Shown here: in pieces, positions 38,308 to 47,311 of the stretch
How positions within the stretch are numbered: position 1 is the stretch's first letter
How the letters are laid out: every line of letters begins with the position of its first letter
Source: Elusimicrobiota bacterium
GTDB taxonomy: Bacteria; Elusimicrobiota; Elusimicrobia; Elusimicrobiales; UBA9959
Length of the DNA: 49,071 nucleotides
Reading direction: 5' to 3'
NCBI GenBank assembly: GCA_026388125.1
Contig: JAPLKJ010000219.1
Location: 1-49,071, forward strand
Notes under the pieces: model-generated
Seen by the model: the letters and a program-made list of their open reading frames with translations, nothing else
What the model was told of the DNA's origin: nothing
Databases searched by the model: none
Program-made: the position numbers and the translations under genes

Positions 38308-38529
38308 AATTCAACCTCCATAACCGGCAAAATATATAAAAAGTATAGCAGACGAACCCGACATAGGCGTGACGGGTTGTAAAATGAAGGCGGCGTCGGG
38401 ATCCTTTCGGGCGGCGGCTTGCTGTTTTTCCAACCCGGTCCACACGTCAGCCCATGCGATTGGAGTTACCCACCCATTTGCTAAACATTGGCTACATACT
38501 TTATGTTATCATTGGGTAGTGGAGCCTTT

Positions 38530-39381
38530 ATGAGCAAGTGTAGCAACTGCAATGCCCCGCTATCACCAAGCTTAAGGCACTGCCCTGCATGTAGGGCAGA
38601 TGCTGGTGCACCTAATGTCAGAGAATGTGGAAGCACGGAAGAGCGGCTTGCATTAGAAGAACGCTTTGAAGTTTCAAAGAAAAGTGCATTTTCACGTGGG
38701 TGCGGAACAGAATTTTCAGATTTCATTTTACTGACAGAAAAAAGTTCTTGCGTGATTGTAAACATGCCAGCAGCTCAAGCACGTAATTTAGTGACAGATG
38801 TTAAGAATATATATGTAAATTATGAAAAATTAGTAGGAAGCGGATTACGTCTACCAGCATTAATTCCGAATGACAAAAAACGTAGTGGAATGGCTGGATT
38901 CTTCTTTGGCACTTATGATGACCAAATAATTTATGGCTTTCTCGGTTTTCCAAGCTCAAAGCTTCCATCTTATGGTGGAATTGCTTGCCAGTTAAAATCA
39001 ATTTCAATCAGAAATCGTGTAAGTTTTCTTGAGGAGAACTCCTATAGTTTCTTCAATCAGCATAAAGATGCCATCCTAAAGAGTGACTTCCCAAAAGGCT
39101 ATAGGGCAGTTTGGGGGAACCGTCATAAATTAGTAATGGCTAAACTAGGGGATAGAATTCAGAAAGGCTCTACAGATACCGACCATGAGATTCTTATTTC
39201 TGTTTCGGGGGGTATGAATAGAGAACAAGACGAATTTATTGAAGCGCACATTTTTGAAACTTTCAATGTTCACGCAATTGAAGCGATGAAAGATGCTAAC
39301 ACATCAAAGCATGATAAGGGTGCAAAAATAGACGCAAAAATAGCTCTTGAGCAATTTGCAAAGATTCAGACTACACCATGA
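38530..39381 (+). CDS. Zn-ribbon protein with DUF3626/ADP-ribosyltransferase-like motifs (tentative)
   Basis: CxxC-x10-CxxC N-terminus; IIYGFL...SYGGIACQL...RVSFLEENS...FIEAHI; SD GGAG before ATG 38530. Confidence 0.7.
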   Translation: MSKCSNCNAPLSPSLRHCPACRADAGAPNVRECGSTEERLALEERFEVSKKSAFSRGCGTEFSDFILLTEKSSCVIVNMPAAQARNLVTDVKNIYVNYEKLVGSGLRLPALIPNDKKRSGMAGFFFGTYDDQIIYGFLGFPSSKLPSYGGIACQLKSISIRNRVSFLEENSYSFFNQHKDAILKSDFPKGYRAVWGNRHKLVMAKLGDRIQKGSTDTDHEILISVSGGMNREQDEFIEAHIFETFNVHAIEAMKDANTSKHDKGAKIDAKIALEQFAKIQTTP

Positions 39382-41282
39382 CGGTTCAAAAAGCTTTCTG
39401 GTCTACTACTGCGGGAGTTCTCGTTGGGGAGAGAACCGGTGAGGCTCCTCCTAAGGTGCATTCTATTGGAATACAGGATTTCTCCGACCAAGAAGCAGGG
39501 TATTACCTTTCTTCCATAACTGATTGGGAGGAAGTGGAATTCAACGACATCACATCTTTGTTAGGCACCCTTACAACTCGGTACTGGGTAGACAGAGCAC
39601 ATGCTTTAGCTGTAGCTTTATTAAGTGGTCTCTCCGAAGTGTTGGAGAAAGAAGTCCTAGAAGAACTCGAGCAACTCATTCAGACACGAATTAAAGCCAA
39701 GAGTCTGCTATCACTCCTTTTAGTCGCCCCTCTTGCTTCGCCTGCAAAATCGAAGTCCCTTGCAGTGACTTCACTAAAAACAAATCTCCCTGCTATAGCT
39801 GCAGTTTGGGACAAACTTAGTGAATTACAACCCTTAATTAATCGCTTTTCATCATTATGGCTAACTATTCCCGAAGAGAGTTTTTTACAATATGCACGGC
39901 ACGATTTATGGGTTAGGGTGGCCACGGAAGAAGTACTTCCGGACTTGCTTGAATCCCCCAATAGTAATAGTTTCCGTTCCCAATGGAATACTTTATTATT
40001 TAAGAGCAAGCAATCGCCTGACCAGATAAAATCTTTAAATACAGTGGGGATAACTTTAACTGGTAAATTATTCCCGCATGGCGCGAGTGTCACTCCAATG
40101 TCGATTGCGGACGAATTACCAGAAGAACACATACATAAAAAAAAGTTTACTCACTATATTGCCGCAGAGGAAAAGGACAGTGCTCTTAAACAAGTTGCTG
40201 CGATTGCAAAAACACTAGCTGAAGGTAAAGATGATATTGCCCATAAGTATCTGCGGGAACTTGTGAAGCATCAGGTAGCAGGTGGGGATACAGAATTCGT
40301 TCTTAAATCGCTATGTAATATCGCAAAGAAATGTGCAGACACGTTTAGAATTGATTTCGAGCATGACTGTTTGTTAAAAGCATTGTCTCTTTCTCCATCA
40401 GATTCCTGGACTTTAATTCAATGGGGAGATCATTTGAAAAGAACTGGGGATTACGATCTCGCACTAGAGGCGATGGAGAAAGCATGGCAGATGAGCGGCA
40501 ACATAATTGCCCAAACAATCATAGCTGATATATGGGCTATGCAGGGAAAGCGCGAGAAGGCTCTTTCAATATACAAAAAGATTGAGAATTGTGAAAATAA
40601 TGAGACTGTCAGAACCGCTATCGGTGACATTTTACGAAGAGATGGTCATCTTGAAAATGCTGAGAAAGAATATGATTATGTAATATCCAAATGGGAGTCT
40701 CATCGCGCTTATGCGGGCAAAGCTGAAATAGCTAAAAATAAGTTGCTATTCCAAAAATCTTTATCTATCTATGAGAAACTTCTAGAAAACCCAGATACCG
40801 ACGAGCATTCTCGCGCTATTTACAGATCGGCTCAATGTCGCTTATTTAAACTGATGGGCCGGTTTACTGAAGCCTATAAGGGGTGTGAGTTACTATTGCT
40901 TAAGTTACAACGATATGATGAAGCAAAATGCTTATTAACTGAGAGAATAGATTCTGTAATGGAATCGAGCGACAACCCCGCTCTTCTACGATTAGGGGCG
41001 ACATTGGCATTTTTAAGTGCACGAGAGGATTCAGAGGCAGAAAGAATAATTAAAGAGTTCCCTAAAAGTTCAAATCAGTATGTAGAATACCTTGCTTCTA
41101 TTATGAGGTTGCATCTTGCCGTTTTAAAATCGGATGAAGTATCTATACAGTGGTTGACTAAGGAATTGTTGCAGTACCCTGAAATGTCCACCAAAACGGA
41201 TGTAGCTTTAGCCGATCTTAAGAAACACGATTTTAAATCTATAATAGAGCTCGAGATCGAACTCTGCCTTATGGCTGCATAA
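39378..41282 (+). CDS. Tetratricopeptide-repeat protein
   Basis: TPR-like units (WGDHLKRTGDYDLALEAMEKA; IGDILRRDGHLENAEKEYD); ATGA overlap with the upstream gene. Confidence 0.8.
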   Translation: MTVQKAFWSTTAGVLVGERTGEAPPKVHSIGIQDFSDQEAGYYLSSITDWEEVEFNDITSLLGTLTTRYWVDRAHALAVALLSGLSEVLEKEVLEELEQLIQTRIKAKSLLSLLLVAPLASPAKSKSLAVTSLKTNLPAIAAVWDKLSELQPLINRFSSLWLTIPEESFLQYARHDLWVRVATEEVLPDLLESPNSNSFRSQWNTLLFKSKQSPDQIKSLNTVGITLTGKLFPHGASVTPMSIADELPEEHIHKKKFTHYIAAEEKDSALKQVAAIAKTLAEGKDDIAHKYLRELVKHQVAGGDTEFVLKSLCNIAKKCADTFRIDFEHDCLLKALSLSPSDSWTLIQWGDHLKRTGDYDLALEAMEKAWQMSGNIIAQTIIADIWAMQGKREKALSIYKKIENCENNETVRTAIGDILRRDGHLENAEKEYDYVISKWESHRAYAGKAEIAKNKLLFQKSLSIYEKLLENPDTDEHSRAIYRSAQCRLFKLMGRFTEAYKGCELLLLKLQRYDEAKCLLTERIDSVMESSDNPALLRLGATLAFLSAREDSEAERIIKEFPKSSNQYVEYLASIMRLHLAVLKSDEVSIQWLTKELLQYPEMSTKTDVALADLKKHDFKSIIELEIELCLMAA

Positions 41283-41293
41283 CGGAAATAATG

Positions 41294-41321
41294 AAAAAAA
41301 AGGGACAGCGAGGCTGTCCTT
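41294..41321 (-). terminator. Rho-independent terminator of the ABC/MTase operon
   Basis: Minus strand GGACAGC-CTC-GCTGTCC followed by C and a T8 tract. Confidence 0.75.
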
Positions 41322-41363
41322 AGGAAAGAGGCCCGGTGCATGCACGCGCCCTCTATTGCTATC

Positions 41364-42113
41364 TCAACACTGAGAGTCAAACTCCAAAAGCATTGACGCC
41401 TCTGGTAGTGCGATTAAATCTTGCACTGACATTGCGAGCCTCTCGGAACAGGGAACTTTGATAGCTACAGATTTGCATAAAATGCCGTTATCCACCAAAT
41501 AGATCCTAGTGGCAATCCGCAACACATCAACAATTTGATGAGCAGTGGCGATAATGGATAAACCATCACCTTCGACTCGTCTATGCAATTCTGACATTAT
41601 TTTAGCTTTTGTGATTGCATCAATCCCGGTAAAAGATTCATCTAAAAGAAGCAAATCAGGGTTAAATGATAGCGCCTTACACAATTCCACACGTTGCCTC
41701 ATGCCGAGAGAGAGTTGTCGGGGAAGAAGATCCTTTATCTTATAAAGGCCACATATTAAACATAGCTTTTCAAATTCATTTACATTTGCAGCGTGGCGTC
41801 TAAGAGCCGCTTCTGTAACAACATTATCCGTTACTGATAACCATGGGAGTAGTGTGCTATCATGCATTATATACCCAAGACATCTCACTGAGGAGCGAAT
41901 GGAATCAGAAAGGTTGCTTCGCAACACCCCACTCATAAGATTGAGGAATGTCGTCTTTCCGCAACCACTTCGGCCATGGAGAAAAATAATTTCACCTGGA
42001 AAAATTCGAAAGTCTCGTAAAATAAATTCAGAAGCATCCGCTATGCCATCATAGGAAAACTGTGATTTACTAATTTCAATCAAAGGGGACTTAGAATAAC
42101 GATCTGATATCAT
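41364..42113 (-). CDS. ABC transporter ATP-binding subunit (NitT/TauT type)
   Basis: Walker A GRSGCGKT, LLPWLSVTDNV, signature LSLGMRQR, LLLLDE, H-loop. Confidence 0.88.
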   Translation of the reverse strand: MISDRYSKSPLIEISKSQFSYDGIADASEFILRDFRIFPGEIIFLHGRSGCGKTTFLNLMSGVLRSNLSDSIRSSVRCLGYIMHDSTLLPWLSVTDNVVTEAALRRHAANVNEFEKLCLICGLYKIKDLLPRQLSLGMRQRVELCKALSFNPDLLLLDESFTGIDAITKAKIMSELHRRVEGDGLSIIATAHQIVDVLRIATRIYLVDNGILCKSVAIKVPCSERLAMSVQDLIALPEASMLLEFDSQC

Positions 42114-43588
42114 TATTTATTTGTAACCGCTAAAAGATTTGAAGATGTTTTACTGGGATCGTGTCTGAAGAAAAAAAGGACATCATCACAGGGCAGCGAA
42201 TCTATACCATGTACTTTGCGGACAAGATTAGCGAAGCGGTTTAGGATTTGAATATCATTGCATGGGTCATCATATAAATAATGGAGAAAGTCGGTAAGGT
42301 CATGCAAATATGCAATTGGGTATGTTTGTAGCACTTCACAATCCGGTTGTAGCAAATTTTGCATAGATTTACTACAGTCAACTGACACTAATTGGGCTTG
42401 GTCGATTACCATCTTCAGGAAGGTATCAATCCATATATGACTACGATTATCCGCAGTCAGTGAACGTGATTTAATGAATGAAATCGCAACAAATATCGAC
42501 TTTGGGCCATTACCTCTAAACACCACCAAAGCATTTGGCTTAGTATTCTGGATAACACGAATTATCTCGTGGACGGTTTTTTCCTCATATAGTACGTGAG
42601 AAAAATAGAGCAAATCAGCCTTTTTTGCTATGGTTAGCAAATCGGTCTCTTTGCCATTAATAAACCTCCATGCATTAGTAGTGTTCCGCGCATTGAATTC
42701 TTTCTCCCATCTTGAATCTTTTTCATAGCAGTAAACTTCTTTAGGGCTGATTTTCATCCAGGAAAGGAGTTGCGCTAATCGTTCTCCATCGCCACACCCA
42801 AAGTCCAAAACACAATCCATCGATCCTGTGATCGACGGAAGATTTGGTTGACTCAATTGTGCGATGTGTGTTTTGAAGCGTTTATAAATACTAGCGTAAT
42901 TCTCATCTTTCACTAAACTGTGAAATAGGCGTACAACTAAATAAAATAAAACACTCATTCCGACAGCGAGGTCTTTGGTATTTATATGAGATTCGTTGAA
43001 ATCTGAATTAAACCCCGGGTATCTTAGGAATATAATAAATATGATTATGGCAACAAATTCTATAAGCACCCATAACGTTGTTTCTGCTTTGTTCTTTTCA
43101 GGATTTTTTCCCTCACCCCAATCTCTAATAAGCCATAGAAGAAATAAGGCAATAAAGGTTCCATAAGACGCAGTTCGGAACATTTCAGAAGACCTTGGAA
43201 AGGCTAGGGATAAAGTGTATAACCCCTGGGCACCTAAAAGTAAAGTTGGAATAACAAAATGTTGCGGGAATAACCCTTCCATAGGTTGGGAGAACACTAG
43301 GATATTGAATACAATATATAGGTACAAGGCATGAGTTAGAGCCTTAAAGAGTACCCATACCTGCATGGTCAAGGGCGTGAATCCATTCGCCATATTTAAA
43401 GGAAATTCTGCTTCATAAATCAAAACAGTCAGAAGCGACATTCCAATAACTATGTATGTGAATAGCTTTAAATAGTATGCCGACCTCGTAGAGAAAGGTT
43501 TATGCTTAGAAGTGTCTTCAAGAACTGAATCTTGAATGGCAATGAACAAATCTCGAATTGTGGTACTGTTTAATGTAAAGTTAGCCAT
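42113..43588 (-). CDS. Multi-TM protein with C-terminal class I SAM-dependent methyltransferase domain
   Basis: About 6 hydrophobic segments, then VLDFGCGDG, CYEKD and LYFSHVLY; TAATG coupling to the ATPase gene. Confidence 0.78.
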   Translation of the reverse strand: MANFTLNSTTIRDLFIAIQDSVLEDTSKHKPFSTRSAYYLKLFTYIVIGMSLLTVLIYEAEFPLNMANGFTPLTMQVWVLFKALTHALYLYIVFNILVFSQPMEGLFPQHFVIPTLLLGAQGLYTLSLAFPRSSEMFRTASYGTFIALFLLWLIRDWGEGKNPEKNKAETTLWVLIEFVAIIIFIIFLRYPGFNSDFNESHINTKDLAVGMSVLFYLVVRLFHSLVKDENYASIYKRFKTHIAQLSQPNLPSITGSMDCVLDFGCGDGERLAQLLSWMKISPKEVYCYEKDSRWEKEFNARNTTNAWRFINGKETDLLTIAKKADLLYFSHVLYEEKTVHEIIRVIQNTKPNALVVFRGNGPKSIFVAISFIKSRSLTADNRSHIWIDTFLKMVIDQAQLVSVDCSKSMQNLLQPDCEVLQTYPIAYLHDLTDFLHYLYDDPCNDIQILNRFANLVRKVHGIDSLPCDDVLFFFRHDPSKTSSNLLAVTNK

Positions 43589-43691
43589 ATTTAACTTCTT
43601 TTTTAATTAAATAAAATTAATTCAATGAGAAGTGTTTTCAGTCAATACAATTCATGAATTGGCGATGACATATTGATTTTACTGGCAATTA

Positions 43692-44672
43692 CTATTTATA
43701 TAATAAAGCAGCCTGCTGCCTAATCGACTCTGAAATTTCGTCACCAAGCCACATGTCAACCCGGTCTGGGGTTATTGGCATAATGGTGCGTAATTGTGCA
43801 ACTCGCTTAATAGCTGCTGTTATTTTAGTCGCATCCAATGTGGGCGATGCTTTTTTTAGTGCGTCCACTGCGCCTGATAAATCCTGGCTGCCTTTGACAT
43901 ATCCGTCTAATGTGGCTTGAGCTAATTTGTTTACGTCATCAACGGTTAATTTAGCGGCACTAAGGCTTTTCTGACCTGCCGAGACGAGTACAAGCCCATA
44001 ACTTTCAACCCCTAGATTTTCAAAATTTAATTCCTTAAATTTTGTCCCATCAATACTAAGGTCAACAGCATGGTTGGTTGTATAGGCACAAAAAGCATCT
44101 ATGTCCCCAGTCTTAAACGGGATTTGCCCACCATACCCAATTGGGATTTCAGTGAAGGAATTCAAGGGAATCATTTTCTTTTTCAGTAGATAAATAAATT
44201 GTGTATAGACAACCGATTGTGGATTAACGCCAATTCGTTTGCCTTTTATATTGTCCAAACCTTCAATATTGCTGGAAGGTTGAGTAATTAAAGTTGCTAA
44301 GTTGACAGGGATTAGAGGGATTGCTTTTGAAAAAATTCCCCCCTTTGCGAGTCGTTGTAAAATATCGCCAGAAGTAGTTGTTCCAAACAATGCTGCGCCT
44401 GTAGCAACTTGAGCTGCCACAAGGGGAGCACCATTTCCTGTAATAATTTTCACATCGTAACCAGCAGCAGCATATAACCCATGCTCCTTCGCATAGAATA
44501 TTCCATAGTATTCTGCCGATGGCAACCAATCGATGGTAATTTCAATCGTTCGGAGCTTAGATGACGCAGTTGAGGACCCACTCTTCCCACATGACGCCAG
44601 CCCAAAAGCGATTGCGATACACAAGACAACCACAATAGAAACAGGGCGAATGACTTGTTTTAATATTTGCAT
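43692..44672 (-). CDS. ABC substrate-binding lipoprotein, NMT1/THI5-like
   Basis: Lipobox LASC; DWLPSAEYYGIFYAKEHGLYAAAGYDVKI; IKGKRIGV. Confidence 0.85.
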   Translation of the reverse strand: MQILKQVIRPVSIVVVLCIAIAFGLASCGKSGSSTASSKLRTIEITIDWLPSAEYYGIFYAKEHGLYAAAGYDVKIITGNGAPLVAAQVATGAALFGTTTSGDILQRLAKGGIFSKAIPLIPVNLATLITQPSSNIEGLDNIKGKRIGVNPQSVVYTQFIYLLKKKMIPLNSFTEIPIGYGGQIPFKTGDIDAFCAYTTNHAVDLSIDGTKFKELNFENLGVESYGLVLVSAGQKSLSAAKLTVDDVNKLAQATLDGYVKGSQDLSGAVDALKKASPTLDATKITAAIKRVAQLRTIMPITPDRVDMWLGDEISESIRQQAALLYK

Positions 44673-44686
44673 AATTTGCCTCCAAA

Positions 44687-45361
44687 TTAATATCCACGTT
44701 TTTGAATTAATTTCTCTTGGATATAACTTAAGCCGACGTAAACCGTGACTCCTTGAACGATTAATAGACTTACTGCTATATAAATCACATCCATGTCGAG
44801 AGAAGATTGCGCCACAAGTAATAATCTACCTATGCCACGATCAGGTTGTATGAATTCCGCAACGACTGCGCCCAAAACAGCTAAAGTGAACCCGATTTTG
44901 GCAGCTGATACAATAAGTGGAAGAGCATGAGGCATCACCACATAAACTACTTCGTCAAAAAAAGTGGGGTTTGCAATTGCAATAACAGCTTGGAGTGATT
45001 TTGGCAATGTGCGAGTAGCTGAGGCGCACGATGCGTAAATTGGGAAAAATGCTATTAGAAAAGCAATTAGAACTTTAATATGAAAACCAACTCCTAGCGC
45101 GACAATAATTACTGGTGTTAGGGCTTGTAGCGGAAATGATTGGGAGAGTGCAACAATAGGCCCAAAAAATCTTTCAATATGCCTATAGCGGATTCCAATA
45201 CCCGCCAACAAAATTGCTGCCACCAAAGCTATCACAGACGCCACAGCGGCAACAGAGAACGTCGCCCACCATTGCTCGAGTATATAAGGGCCATTGGCTT
45301 TTAAGACTCGTGCAATGCCGCCTGGGTTCGGCAATAATAATGCCCATTTCATTGAATCCAT
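44687..45361 (-). CDS. ABC transporter permease (NitT/TauT type)
   Basis: LLPNP, QSFPLQALTP, AFFPI, MPHALP, GAVVAEF...GIGRLL; the first TM helix appears to be missing. Confidence 0.85.
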   Translation of the reverse strand: MDSMKWALLLPNPGGIARVLKANGPYILEQWWATFSVAAVASVIALVAAILLAGIGIRYRHIERFFGPIVALSQSFPLQALTPVIIVALGVGFHIKVLIAFLIAFFPIYASCASATRTLPKSLQAVIAIANPTFFDEVVYVVMPHALPLIVSAAKIGFTLAVLGAVVAEFIQPDRGIGRLLLVAQSSLDMDVIYIAVSLLIVQGVTVYVGLSYIQEKLIQKRGY

Positions 45362-45565
45362 TTTTACCTTAACCCGAGAGCCAATAAACTAATTTAATTA
45401 ATGTTACTAAAAATATATTGGAAAGCGAAATGCTATATCCATTATGCATGTTTTACGCCGATTTTTTTTGTTATCAGAGCGCACGGTAATTTCCTGGCAA
45501 TATTGATTCACGATAATCATAATAGATTTTAAGAGTTTTGAAACAGCCTCACGTCCCATATCTCA

Positions 45566-46726
45566 CTATTTATTAGCATTCATATGCTTTTCACATGAAA
45601 AAGACAAATCCAGTAGGAATGCAAGCTCAGACGAGTAGAGCCTATTCAGATTGCCTTTCATAGCCCTCACAAATAATGAACCCCAATTATATGAGTCGTC
45701 GTTCGCAAGGTGCAGGGCATATGCCATGCGTGCATACGCTTGTTCAGAGTGCACGTTTTGCCTTTTCAGGGACTTAAGGTATAGTTGGCTGAGGTCATCT
45801 GTCGTTGGGCTCAAAAACCCTTTCATTGTTGCAAGACACTTAACTTGAAGACGGTGGGAATAGCGAGGCAGGAGCGACGCCAAGTCGATATACATAGATA
45901 CCAGATTCTCCTCTGCGAGCAATTTATCGGGGATTCCCCAAGTATGTACGTTCCATTCTGCTTCGAGATATTTAAATGTCGTTAACATCGAGAATTTGGC
46001 AAGGTTCAGTGCTTTTTGGGGAACATTTGTAATTGATCCGCTGATGACCGACCCAAGGAGTTTTGCCGCATATACACTTGCCCAAAGATCTGGCTCGCCT
46101 CGTTTTTCACTCGTCTGCCACCATCCTCCAGCGGTGTGTTGCCAGCCATTATTACCATCAAGCATCAAGTCAACGACTGCCCTTGTAATTAGATTCGTAG
46201 GGTCCTCGTCTGCGAGCATATGCGCGGCCGCCATGGTGTGACGATAATTCCATTTCATCTCATGTGAGGTAGGTGAGGAATCTGGAGCACTCGTGAACAT
46301 TGGGATTCGGTCCTCGCTGAAGAGGCCCCTCACCCCTGCCCTAGCGCGAGCTATCGATATTGGGACAAGACCATGCTTGTGCAGTATGATTGCCGGCCAG
46401 TAGGTAAGATACATCCTTGGCTTTAGGTCCAAAGTCTCTCTTGAACCTTTAGTCTGCCATTTCCCCGAATCTACAGCATTGCGTGATTTGCCGTACTCTC
46501 CCCGGTGTTGTCCAAACCAAGACTGGCCGCGAAGAAGATATCTCACCAGTCGTTTCTGGAGAGCCGTTGTGTCCGCGGAAAGGGGGCCTGCATCTCTTTT
46601 CCATGAAGAAGCGAGAAAACAGTAACGGGTTTCTAGGAGGACATGGAGGTGCCCACTTTGGTAGATGGTAACTAGCAAACCCCACAATGCTGAGGTAATT
46701 AGCCCCACGATAATAGTCTCAATCAT
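45566..46726 (-). CDS. N-terminally anchored alpha/alpha-barrel protein (prenyltransferase/squalene-cyclase repeat-like)
   Basis: N-terminal TM; QW-like motifs YLLRGQ...GEYG and WQHTAGGWW; PDLWASVYA; SD GGAGAGG. Confidence 0.65.
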   Translation of the reverse strand: MIETIIVGLITSALWGLLVTIYQSGHLHVLLETRYCFLASSWKRDAGPLSADTTALQKRLVRYLLRGQSWFGQHRGEYGKSRNAVDSGKWQTKGSRETLDLKPRMYLTYWPAIILHKHGLVPISIARARAGVRGLFSEDRIPMFTSAPDSSPTSHEMKWNYRHTMAAAHMLADEDPTNLITRAVVDLMLDGNNGWQHTAGGWWQTSEKRGEPDLWASVYAAKLLGSVISGSITNVPQKALNLAKFSMLTTFKYLEAEWNVHTWGIPDKLLAEENLVSMYIDLASLLPRYSHRLQVKCLATMKGFLSPTTDDLSQLYLKSLKRQNVHSEQAYARMAYALHLANDDSYNWGSLFVRAMKGNLNRLYSSELAFLLDLSFSCEKHMNANK

Positions 46727-46828
46727 ATCCTCTCCCGCTAAACTATCGTTAGACTGGTCAGTCTATTTTGGCCGATGAAATCTATAAATAGCAAGTTTTT
46801 TGATCTGACTCCCTAGTGATTTCGATTA

Positions 46829-47032
46829 TTAGCGATATTTACTGACAGCAGTTCTGTATATAGCTTTAGTTTCGCCCTCATATTGCTGTAAGTTTTTTCA
46901 TGGCAACCCGGACTATCTCAATCCAAGCACATCAATTATTCTTTCCCGTGAAATTACGCCTGTGTCTAAAAATAATTCTTCTAATCTAAAATGATCTATC
47001 TCAACATCCTGCAGCTTAGAGTCGGGCCTTGG
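46829..47032 (-). pseudogene. Degenerate 3' gene fragment
   Basis: Reads PRPDSKLQDVEIDHFRLEELFLDTGVISRERIIDVLGLR*SGLP*KNLQQYEGETKAIYRTAVSKYR*; protein-like with two in-frame stops and no start. Confidence 0.35.
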
Positions 47033-47265
47033 GGACGCTGTTTACTATCTTCCTATTCCCCCAGAAAGTGACAATTAGAAATCAGGAAACAGTGACCTTC
47101 CCCCAAAAAACAGACCACCCGCTGGTTTGGAATTTCCGAGGCTTTCCCAACCCACCAAGCCCGACGATACCAATATAGCTTTCAACAAACATAATTTTCC
47201 TCTAATTGTAGAATGGCCCTCATAATAATTGGCATTAAACAGTAACGTTCGCCCTCCCAGGCCTC

Positions 47266-47294
47266 AGCGGAATAGAGCTAGCCTCTATTCCGCT
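47266..47294. other. 12-bp perfect hairpin downstream of the SEC-C gene
   Basis: AGCGGAATAGAG-ctagc-CTCTATTCCGCT. Confidence 0.6.
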
Positions 47295-47311
47295 CATAAC
47301 TTTTTTCATGT

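Noticed and set aside
38463-38476. GAGTTACCCACCC as the second att copy of the tRNA 5' end
   Set aside because: Only a short partial match to GAGCTAATCACCC with no extension; compatible with chance.
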